64,000 bases of DNA. Source: a virus. The notes beneath the pieces were generated by a model that ran no database searches, was not told where the DNA came from, and saw nothing but the letters and a program-made list of their open reading frames with translations. Position numbers and translations under genes: made by a program. Positions within the stretch are counted from its first letter, which is position 1. Each line of letters opens with the position of its first letter. Below are positions 56,026-64,000 of this stretch, piece after piece. The stretch is taken from positions 46,936 through 110,935 of IMG/VR virus record IMGVR_UViG_3300027749_000058; one strand, 5' to 3'.

Positions 56026-56850
56026 TTAATTATTTTTAATTGGTTTTATTAATCCATTTTGAGTATCACAAGGAATTTGTTTCCAATATGATTCGTATAT
56101 ATCTTTAGGATTTGGTCCTTTATGGCCAAACCATTTAGAGGGGGCAATAATTTTTTTATCTTTATTTTTATTTAGAAAAACTCCCCACCATGAAAATGTT
56201 GAATTTGAAATGATATGGTTTTTACAGAGTCCCATCAAATATAATTCTTTCCAATCTTTATCTTCATTCACAAATACTACCGAAGGAAAGTCAAGATTTT
56301 CTTTAATCCAATTATGGTCATCACTAAAAATAAAAACTGTTGAATATTCTCCGATTAGTTTTAGAGCCTCATTGATATATTCTTTAGTAATTGTTGGATG
56401 AATATCAGGGTATTGTAAGTATTCACTTCTTCTAACGTGAATTGATAAAGTATTTTCTTGATTTAGTTGAGGGTATTTTAATAAAAATTCATCTACTAAT
56501 TCTTTTGAAGGTTCAAACATTTCTCTAATTTTATCATCGTATCCAAACCAATTTTTAGTACTTTGAAAGTAACCGTAGAATGTTGTATTTTGGTTAACAG
56601 GGTTAATTTCAGAGTATTCAAAGGGACCTTCATTTATTCGAGTGAATCCGTTTAAATTATCAATAAATTTTAATTTTCTAAAAATATTGTCCAAATAATT
56701 TTCGGTACTGTTTCCTTGACCTGGAGTCCAAGAATGTGGGATAAAAACAGATTCTCTTTTGTGTTTCCATCCTTGTGCTAATGCGTGAGCGGATTGAAAT
56801 AATTGATTCCCTAATCCACCCATAAAATTACAAGATATTAAATTTTTCAT
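56026..56850 (-). CDS. GT11 alpha-1,2-fucosyltransferase-like
   Basis: GGLGNQLFQ, GYFQS, SIHVRRSEY, FSDD, NSTFSWWG. Confidence 0.92.
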   Translation of the reverse strand: MKNLISCNFMGGLGNQLFQSAHALAQGWKHKRESVFIPHSWTPGQGNSTENYLDNIFRKLKFIDNLNGFTRINEGPFEYSEINPVNQNTTFYGYFQSTKNWFGYDDKIREMFEPSKELVDEFLLKYPQLNQENTLSIHVRRSEYLQYPDIHPTITKEYINEALKLIGEYSTVFIFSDDHNWIKENLDFPSVVFVNEDKDWKELYLMGLCKNHIISNSTFSWWGVFLNKNKDKKIIAPSKWFGHKGPNPKDIYESYWKQIPCDTQNGLIKPIKNN

Positions 56851-56859
56851 ATATTATTT

Positions 56860-57510
56860 TTAGGATTTAACAAATAACCCATCACCCCAATTATGTGCCC
56901 AAGCATGATAATATTTTTTTTCATATCCTTTAGAGTTCATGAATTTAATAATATCCGATTCCAATTTTTGACCTGAATACATTTCTATCTGACAAGTCTC
57001 TAATTGAAATATTTGAAATTTTAAATTTTTACTAAAAAGAAGTTCAGATGTGGATAACACATCATATTCAGAACCTTGAATGTCCATATTAATATAATCG
57101 AATTCAGTAATAAGATTATTTGATGATAAAAATTCATCTATTTTAACTGAATCAACTTCAACAGTTTTTATCTTTTTTATATGAGGGTATTGTTTTGAAT
57201 GTTCTTTCAATTCTAATATTGAGGAACATCCTGTATTGGTCATATCGTTACTATAAATTAAATTAAAATTAATTTTTTTTGTTTCAGACGATACCGCATA
57301 GTTAAAAACTTTTTGTTCAATATTTGGGTATTTGAAAATATTTTTTTCTAATTCATTTATTAGTTCAGGGTTTGCTTCAAACCAATATATTACCTCAGGA
57401 TTAAGTTGTTGGTAGAATTCAATTTCATTTCCTAAATGTGCACCTAAATGAAGTATTTTTTTTATTGGGTTTACCTTATTTAATTCTAAAATTTCTTGTC
57501 TAAATGGCAT
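56860..57510 (-). CDS. FkbM-family methyltransferase
   Basis: HLGAHLG, FEANP, MDIQGSE. Confidence 0.9.
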   Translation of the reverse strand: MPFRQEILELNKVNPIKKILHLGAHLGNEIEFYQQLNPEVIYWFEANPELINELEKNIFKYPNIEQKVFNYAVSSETKKINFNLIYSNDMTNTGCSSILELKEHSKQYPHIKKIKTVEVDSVKIDEFLSSNNLITEFDYINMDIQGSEYDVLSTSELLFSKNLKFQIFQLETCQIEMYSGQKLESDIIKFMNSKGYEKKYYHAWAHNWGDGLFVKS

Positions 57511-57511
57511 T

Positions 57512-58222
57512 TTATAATTTTTGGTAGGAGGGTTTATTTGCAATTAATTTGTGATTCTCAATTACTTTTTGTATACTAACTTTATGATCGTTAATAGGAT
57601 TTCCTTCGTTATAAACGTATAGCACATCAGGAATAAATTTAAAATGTTCAACACCTGACATTTCAATCATTGGCCACATAAAAGATAAATCTCCAGCAAC
57701 AGGCCAATAAACACCATGAGGGTCTCTTAAATCTTCATCTTTAATTTTTTTCCATAACCAAGATTTCCATGTTCTTAAATGCGATAAAGTGAATGAGGTT
57801 TTTCTAATGTTTTCTGTGGTTTCTAAAGGTTTATTAAACCCTGGTCTTCCATCGTGATACTTAAACGAACCACTAGTTATCCAAATATTTGGGTCTTTAT
57901 AAACCTCATCAATTTTTGAAAAAACATTCGGATTCGCTAACCAATCGTCCCCATTAACTTCCACGCAAATTTCATCCCCATCTAATGCTCGACCATTTAT
58001 AATTTGATTGTAGTTACCTGATGGATAAAATTTACAATGATTTTCGATTAGTATGAATCTTGAATCTCCTTTAATTGTATTTTTTATAATTTCTTTTGTA
58101 TTGTCGGTTGACATATCATCTGTAATATAACAAGTGAAATCTTTAAATTTTTGAGACATTATACTTAATAAACACCTCTCAATATATTTTTCACAATTAT
58201 ATGATGCTGTTAAAATTGTCAT
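57512..58222 (-). CDS. GT2 glycosyltransferase
   Basis: YNCEKYIERCL, DDMSTD, GDDWL. Confidence 0.88.
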   Translation of the reverse strand: MTILTASYNCEKYIERCLLSIMSQKFKDFTCYITDDMSTDNTKEIIKNTIKGDSRFILIENHCKFYPSGNYNQIINGRALDGDEICVEVNGDDWLANPNVFSKIDEVYKDPNIWITSGSFKYHDGRPGFNKPLETTENIRKTSFTLSHLRTWKSWLWKKIKDEDLRDPHGVYWPVAGDLSFMWPMIEMSGVEHFKFIPDVLYVYNEGNPINDHKVSIQKVIENHKLIANKPSYQKL

Positions 58223-59847
58223 GATAAAATTTGAATATATTTTTCTTTTATTTCTTTTACAACATTTGAAGTGAAATATTTTTCGATATCAACTGGTGGT
58301 TGATGTAATTCTTTTGATAGTATAAATCCATTTGAATTAACATTATAAATCCAACTTGGTTTTCCACACATCCAACCTTCTATAGTTGTTCTTCCTAATT
58401 GGATTCCAGCAGTTTCGGAACAAGAATGAATAAATCCTTCAATGTCCCAAGTAGCAGGAAAATATTTTACGTGTGGTTCAAATAATACTTGTTGTAGATA
58501 ATTTGATTCATCTTTTCCAACTAACCATAGTTCTTTTCCTTCTTCTTTTGTTCTGTCCATTAAATCTAAAATAGTTTCTTTTCTTAGATAATCTATTGTA
58601 CCAACAAATAAAACATAATTATCATCTTTAATATCTTTTGGTTGAAACTTTACGTTATCAATAGGATTATAAATTATTTCAACATCTTTCTCAGGAATTT
58701 CAAATTCATTAACAATAAAATCTTTAATTTCAGGTCTAATTGCAATGTATTTCTTGATTGAATCATGTTTAATAGGAATTTCCATTTGAATAATCTCAGA
58801 GTGAACTGAATAAATTTTATCTATATCAGGGTAAAATTGAACTATTCTTTCTGCAACTGGTTTATGTTGTATATGTATTATGTCAAAATTAACTTCAGAA
58901 ACTTTATATAAATTATTTAACACTGAAGGTTTAAACCCTTCGTCAGTATTAAATCCCCACTTTCCATCACCAAGTTTAAATCCTGGTGCTTCTTCAAATG
59001 GAAGACATTTGATACCTATTTTTTTTGCCATATCAGTTAATGGTCCACCTATTTGTGACAATACTGTGACACTACAATTAAGTTTCATTAACTCTTTTGC
59101 AAGTTCAAACACATATAATTCTGAACCTGTAAATTCTCTGAAAAACAAACAAGAAATTAAAACTTTTAATCTTTTATCTTTATCATAGGCGGTTTTTGCG
59201 GGTAAAGATTCTGAATATTTTTCTACAAATAATTTTCGGTTTTCTTCCCATTGTTCATTGGTTTGACCTATGGATTTATGGGTGATTCTAATGTTAGTTA
59301 TTACGCCAATCTTAGTACCTTTAATAAAATTCTCAAAACAAAAGGCAACATCATAAAAGTGGAAACCTTGAAAATCTTCAATAAAGGATGATTTTAATCT
59401 TTTTTTACTAACCGCAAAGAATAAACCATCAACCATTACCGTTTCCTTAATGTTATTGTTTAAGTCGTCGGAATATTTTGAAACCCATTTTTTACCTTCG
59501 TGTTCGTGGTTCACAATACCAATCATCTTTTTTCTGTCTTCCCACCATTGCCCACTTGATGGCATGTTGGTTGTACCTGCCATACCTATAATACCAAAAT
59601 CACTTTTATCAAAATGTTTCATTATTTTATTATACCATCCTGACGTATCAAAATATATATCATCATGACAAAATACAATTATGTCAGTTTCTGACTCAGA
59701 TAAAATTTCGTTGTAAACTTGAGATAATGATTTCTCTCCGTTATTAACTTTTTCTATTACATTAATTTTTTTAAATCCTGAACTTTTTTTCAAATATTCT
59801 GTAAATTCAGGATTTGGTTTTCTTGTTGAATACCCTATTGTTAACAT
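58219..59847 (-). CDS. two-domain glycosyltransferase (GT2-like plus GT4-like)
   Basis: VFCHDD, FHFYD; GSELYVFELAKEL, GRTTIEGWMCGKP. Confidence 0.82.
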   Translation of the reverse strand: MLTIGYSTRKPNPEFTEYLKKSSGFKKINVIEKVNNGEKSLSQVYNEILSESETDIIVFCHDDIYFDTSGWYNKIMKHFDKSDFGIIGMAGTTNMPSSGQWWEDRKKMIGIVNHEHEGKKWVSKYSDDLNNNIKETVMVDGLFFAVSKKRLKSSFIEDFQGFHFYDVAFCFENFIKGTKIGVITNIRITHKSIGQTNEQWEENRKLFVEKYSESLPAKTAYDKDKRLKVLISCLFFREFTGSELYVFELAKELMKLNCSVTVLSQIGGPLTDMAKKIGIKCLPFEEAPGFKLGDGKWGFNTDEGFKPSVLNNLYKVSEVNFDIIHIQHKPVAERIVQFYPDIDKIYSVHSEIIQMEIPIKHDSIKKYIAIRPEIKDFIVNEFEIPEKDVEIIYNPIDNVKFQPKDIKDDNYVLFVGTIDYLRKETILDLMDRTKEEGKELWLVGKDESNYLQQVLFEPHVKYFPATWDIEGFIHSCSETAGIQLGRTTIEGWMCGKPSWIYNVNSNGFILSKELHQPPVDIEKYFTSNVVKEIKEKYIQILS

Positions 59848-59873
59848 TATTTAATTATTTTTTATTTTTTATT

Positions 59874-60503
59874 TTAAAATAATCCAGTACTTCCAAATCC
59901 ATTATTACCACGTTCTCTCTTTTCTATATTTTCAACAAGTTCAATTTCAACATATTTTCCACATACAACAGGACATAAGACAGCTTGTCCTACTTTCATT
60001 CCTTTATTAATTGTTATTTGTTTATTAGTTGTGTTAAATATGATTACCTTTATTTCACCATCATATCCTGCGTCTACAGTCCCTGGTGTATTTAAAACGG
60101 TTAATCCTTGTTTTAATGCTAATCCACTTTTTGGTCTTATTTGGATTTCATATTCTTCTGGAATACCAAAAACTAAACCTGTAGGAACTATTGATCTACC
60201 AAGAGGTTCTACAATAACTTCTTCTACTGAATGTAAATCAAATCCTGAATCTGATTCATAATTGTATGTCGGGTTATATGCATCGGGATGAATTTTTTTA
60301 ACTTGCAGATTTCGTGTTTTTAACTTTCTATCTATATCAACTTCATATTCATCCATACTAAATCCTAACATTTCTTCTATTTCTTTTTTAGAATCATCAT
60401 CAGGTTCTATTCCAGCTTCTTTTTTTATTCTTTCAAACTGTTCCATTATTTCTTGCATCATTATTGGGTCTATCCCTTCTATATTTTCTATATCTTCTAT
60501 CAT
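59874..60503 (-). CDS. dut: dUTPase with acidic N-terminal extension
   Basis: SGFDL, RPKSGL, GTVDAGYDGE, RGNNGFGSTG. Confidence 0.95.
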   Translation of the reverse strand: MIEDIENIEGIDPIMMQEIMEQFERIKKEAGIEPDDDSKKEIEEMLGFSMDEYEVDIDRKLKTRNLQVKKIHPDAYNPTYNYESDSGFDLHSVEEVIVEPLGRSIVPTGLVFGIPEEYEIQIRPKSGLALKQGLTVLNTPGTVDAGYDGEIKVIIFNTTNKQITINKGMKVGQAVLCPVVCGKYVEIELVENIEKRERGNNGFGSTGLF

Positions 60504-61201
60504 TGTAATTTTATTAATTTTTTTATTAATTCTATTAAGACTATAACATCTTTTTCACAGTATTTAACAATACCTTCAATATTTTTATCTGTCCAATACG
60601 CTTCATGAACTCTATTTCCAGTTACTTCTGTATTTTTAGAAGATTCTACTCCCATACAAACACACATTAATTCAAGGGATGCAAATTGTCCGTAACCACC
60701 ATATTGCCAAATATCTTTGGTGTCAATTGCCTTAACTTCCCAAGGTTTTGTATCATAACTTGGTAATAATTTTGGTGGTTTCAATCCATACATCATCATA
60801 CGTTTTGCCAATGTTGGAATATCAAATCCTTTTACATTATGTCCACATAAGAAAAATCCTAAGTCACCAGTACGATTTAATAATTTTTGAACATCCTTAA
60901 GTAATTTTCCCTCATCTTCACTATGAAAGGATTGAATCTTAACACTTCCATCATCTAAAACAAATGCGACACTAACACAAACTATTTTTAAAAATTCAGG
61001 AACTAGTGCTGCTCTGTTAACAAATAATTGTTCAATTGGAGTTTCAAGTTCTTCGGGAAATCTTTTTCTAAGATTGTCTTGAATATGTTCAAATTGAAAG
61101 GACAATTCTTTTTTATTTTTTTTAAATGAATCCCAATTGGATTCACATCCAACCGTTTCAATATCTAAAAAAAGTATTTTGGTTATTGGTACTGTTATCA
61201 T
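60500..61201 (-). CDS. DEDD 3'-5' exonuclease (PolB-exo related)
   Basis: LDIET, GHNVKGFDIP, YCEKDV. Confidence 0.88.
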   Translation of the reverse strand: MITVPITKILFLDIETVGCESNWDSFKKNKKELSFQFEHIQDNLRKRFPEELETPIEQLFVNRAALVPEFLKIVCVSVAFVLDDGSVKIQSFHSEDEGKLLKDVQKLLNRTGDLGFFLCGHNVKGFDIPTLAKRMMMYGLKPPKLLPSYDTKPWEVKAIDTKDIWQYGGYGQFASLELMCVCMGVESSKNTEVTGNRVHEAYWTDKNIEGIVKYCEKDVIVLIELIKKLIKLQ

Positions 61202-62409
61202 ACGATTGATTTATAAAATTCTGCTCTTGATTTTGTTACTACGTTTAAATCATATTTGTCTTTAACTGTTTCATAAAGTCTCTCTCCCATATCTTTAACC
61301 ATGTTTGGATTCTTAACCAATTTCTCAATGAATTTGGCCCAATCAGAATGGTTCCTATTTTCATCAACTAATAAAGCATTTCCATCAACAAAATTACCAT
61401 GATCTAAACAATGTTTTAAATCAATAGTATAAGGTCCTAAATTAGAGGCGATAATTGCTTTTTTATAAAATCCTGCCTCAATAACTTTAAGTTGAGATTT
61501 CATTCTATTAAAGATATGATTTTTAATTGGAGCTAAAGATACATCAAATTTTGAATAATTTTTGGCATAAGATTGAACAGGTTTTGTCCATACTCTTAGG
61601 TAAGGTTCATTCATTTCATTTGGATAACTTTCATTTATAAAACTATTCAAATAATTTTTATAATCTTCTGTAACTGTAGTATAATTTTGAGTGAATATTT
61701 TTTCATATTGAGCCCATACAGTTTCGTGAGGTAAAATGTTTCTTTTCTTATGTTCTCCTGTTTCTGAATTTATTTCTGTTACAGAACCTCTAGTATCAAA
61801 TCCACATATTACATATTGTAATTTATCTTTTAATGAAGTTAACTTACTAAATGATTGGTCTAATAATTGTAAGTCGTGAAGATGTGAAGAACCTCCTAAC
61901 CATCCAACTCTTAATCTATCTGATTCAGGTGTTGGTTCATTAAATTGAGATTCATTTGGATTAATTGCGTTTGGAAAAATAACAACATTTTTATTCAATT
62001 TCATTATTTCATCAGCAAATAATGTTGTAGTTGTTGTTACATATTTTGCAACTCTAAGATTATTAGTTATTTTTTCGTTAATCTTATTAAATCTAATAAC
62101 GTCATGTATTGGATGTTCTTTTGTTGGTAACCAATAGTCATCAATATCACCTATTGTTATGATTCCCATTCCATTAAGTTTTTGAATTAAACTATATGAG
62201 GCCTCAAAATCAGGACTGATACTTCTATGGAATGCAACTATTTGGTATTCTTTCCAAAAATCCATATTATCCATAGGGACATCATAAATAATGTCAACAT
62301 GAAAATCTTCTGGGTATAATTTTTGTAAAAAGATGTGAGGGTCAACTGACCTAAATTTTCCTACTCCAGTTTTATCTGAGGGGATTACAAGCACTTTAAT
62401 TTTTGACAT
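61198..62409 (-). CDS. GT-B glycosyltransferase
   Basis: DIDDYW, RVGWLGGSSHLHDL, FNRMKSQLKVIEAG. Confidence 0.85.
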   Translation of the reverse strand: MSKIKVLVIPSDKTGVGKFRSVDPHIFLQKLYPEDFHVDIIYDVPMDNMDFWKEYQIVAFHRSISPDFEASYSLIQKLNGMGIITIGDIDDYWLPTKEHPIHDVIRFNKINEKITNNLRVAKYVTTTTTLFADEIMKLNKNVVIFPNAINPNESQFNEPTPESDRLRVGWLGGSSHLHDLQLLDQSFSKLTSLKDKLQYVICGFDTRGSVTEINSETGEHKKRNILPHETVWAQYEKIFTQNYTTVTEDYKNYLNSFINESYPNEMNEPYLRVWTKPVQSYAKNYSKFDVSLAPIKNHIFNRMKSQLKVIEAGFYKKAIIASNLGPYTIDLKHCLDHGNFVDGNALLVDENRNHSDWAKFIEKLVKNPNMVKDMGERLYETVKDKYDLNVVTKSRAEFYKSIV

Positions 62410-62463
62410 TAGTATAATATATTTTTTAAAAATATAATACTTTATATCAAATAAGAAAAGTAG

Positions 62464-63087
62464 TTAAGAAACTTTTTTAATTTTAGTTACTTTTCCTTCA
62501 AAAATATGTTTACCTACTCTAAACGTGAACATCTCATTAGATTTTTCGGTACTTTCAACCATAAGTCCATTTTCAGTTAATGCTTCATTAATTGCTTCTG
62601 AAATCATTTTTTTAATTAACTTATAATCTACTTGAGATGTAGTAGATGATTGTTGTGATTGAGCTGTTTTTGGCTTTGCAGAATCGGGAACATAACTACC
62701 TTGTTCTTTCATTAATCTTGATGCTCTTTCTATTAGGTCATCTGAAATTGTAACATTTTGTTGTTGTGGTTGTGCAATTGGATTTTCCATCATTAATTTT
62801 TTAATCTCATCAGGTAGTTTCGAATTTTTAATTGCATCCAAACTTGGAACACCTACAGGTTTTGTATTCTCTCTTGGTAATTGAGATAAGTAAGGTTGAG
62901 ATTGTTGAGATTGTTGTTCTTGTAAAAATTCTGAAGGTATATTATATTTTGCATTCGGTATATCAAATTGTTGAAGTGATGTTGGAGGTAATCCATCATT
63001 CATACTATTTTTACTTTTAGTAAATTTGGGACTATCCATAATCGCTTTAGATGCCACTAATCTACTCATTAAATCATTCTCGTTCAT
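62464..63087 (-). CDS. hypothetical protein
   Basis: 207-aa ORF, Gln-rich. Confidence 0.65.
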   Translation of the reverse strand: MNENDLMSRLVASKAIMDSPKFTKSKNSMNDGLPPTSLQQFDIPNAKYNIPSEFLQEQQSQQSQPYLSQLPRENTKPVGVPSLDAIKNSKLPDEIKKLMMENPIAQPQQQNVTISDDLIERASRLMKEQGSYVPDSAKPKTAQSQQSSTTSQVDYKLIKKMISEAINEALTENGLMVESTEKSNEMFTFRVGKHIFEGKVTKIKKVS

Positions 63088-63091
63088 AATA

Positions 63092-63502
63092 TTAAGCTAC
63101 GTTTTGTTGTGTGGGTTCATTACCAAATTTGGCGTTTATTATTACACTCACCATGCTTTTGTCGCCATTTAAATTATAACCTGGTCTTATTTCATTGTAA
63201 ACCTCACCTGTTGGTTTATTAGATAATATTTTATCTAATCTAAATAATCTCCAACCTGGTAGTGGTTGTTCTCCTTTATATGCTGTATGGGACGAACCTT
63301 CATTGTCCCATGCTCTTAAAACTTTATTTCCAGCCTTGCTTACTCCCAAGCAAACGGGTTCAATTTCTCTAATACCTCTACCACCTGGCTCATCTCCATC
63401 ATAATAAATTATGACTCTGTGCCTATTTTTTATTGCATTGATAACGCTATCCAAAGATGCAATTTCATTAATTATTCCTTTAAGTGATTCTTGAAGTTTC
63501 AT
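63092..63502 (-). CDS. stand-alone WYL-domain protein
   Basis: AIKNRHRVIIYY..REIEPVCLG..LRAW..WRLFRLDKI. Confidence 0.8.
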   Translation of the reverse strand: MKLQESLKGIINEIASLDSVINAIKNRHRVIIYYDGDEPGGRGIREIEPVCLGVSKAGNKVLRAWDNEGSSHTAYKGEQPLPGWRLFRLDKILSNKPTGEVYNEIRPGYNLNGDKSMVSVIINAKFGNEPTQQNVA

Positions 63503-63795
63503 TAAAAGTTAGGATAAGGTTTAGATGAATTAAATTTATTAATTTTTATTTCACTTTTTCTTTCAATCACATCTGTGATGGTACCAGCATTTGTATTATA
63601 CACATCCAAAAAAGACCCTGTACCTCTTCCCATAGAATCACCATCTGCAACTGCATCACGATTTACTGATGAATAAGGATTACCTGCTTGATTATAATCA
63701 TTTTTTGGGATAAGTTTAGACCTTTCAACATCAGCAATTGCTGTTAATGTATTTGGTTCATTTTGTGTTAAATCTACGGTTATTTCGTTTGCCAT
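63502..63795 (-). CDS. hypothetical protein
   Basis: 97-aa ORF. Confidence 0.6.
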   Translation of the reverse strand: MANEITVDLTQNEPNTLTAIADVERSKLIPKNDYNQAGNPYSSVNRDAVADGDSMGRGTGSFLDVYNTNAGTITDVIERKSEIKINKFNSSKPYPNF

Positions 63796-63799
63796 ATTT

Positions 63800-64000
63800 T
63801 TATAGTTTAGAAATTATTTCATTTATTCTTTTTAAAGACTCAGTGACTGCGGAATCGTACTTATTGATGGTTGATTGGTGTTTCTGAGAGGCTCTTACAT
63901 TTGTGAAATCTTTTTTCTCATGTGGTTTAATATACTGATTCATCATTCCGGTATCAGCTTTATTTCTTTTAGATAAATCCAATCCTTGTCTCATTTTTCT
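63800..64000 (-). CDS. C-terminal part of a gene running off the window
   Basis: Ends ..ESLKRINEIISKL; frame open to the edge. Confidence 0.55.
   Translation of the reverse strand, partial: RKMRQGLDLSKRNKADTGMMNQYIKPHEKKDFTNVRASQKHQSTINKYDSAVTESLKRINEIISKL

Noticed and set aside
1-64000. Stop-codon reassignment
   Set aside because: Core genes are full length in the standard code; TAG and TGA end genes normally; no suppressor tRNA seen

Overview
AT-rich 64-kb segment of a large T4-like tailed phage, most likely one of the bS21-encoding phages of Bacteroidetes. The host inference rests on many TAnnTTTG promoter boxes, A-rich SD-less start contexts, a Bacteroidetes-type bS21 and a DUF4494-like gene. 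Layout: (i) 1-23 kb is an accessory region with clpP, an HNH nuclease, a tRNA array (11 canonical tRNAs, 3 tRNA-like RNAs with altered anticodon domains, 1 remnant) interleaved with several unassigned structured RNAs, a DNA methyltransferase, tmRNA, peptidases, an N-domain-less ClpC and Hsp20. (ii) 23-48 kb is the head and virion module: terminase, portal, antisense rpsU, prohead protease, scaffold, major capsid protein and a baseplate-like gene. (iii) 48-64 kb holds a gp55-like sigma factor and a long minus-strand glycosyltransferase/nucleotide-sugar cluster with phoH, dUTPase, an exonuclease and a WYL protein. Most notable observations: a tRNA array that seems to carry anticodon-masked tRNA mimics and pseudoknotted ncRNAs; a TATTTAT motif 4-5 nt before many ATGs, implying pervasive leaderless late mRNAs; a tmRNA-ClpC-ClpP-Hsp20 proteostasis set with a sigma54-like promoter; and a recurring I/L-x-E peptide marking probable head-packaged proteins. 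All assignments come from reading motifs by eye; no database search or folding program was run.
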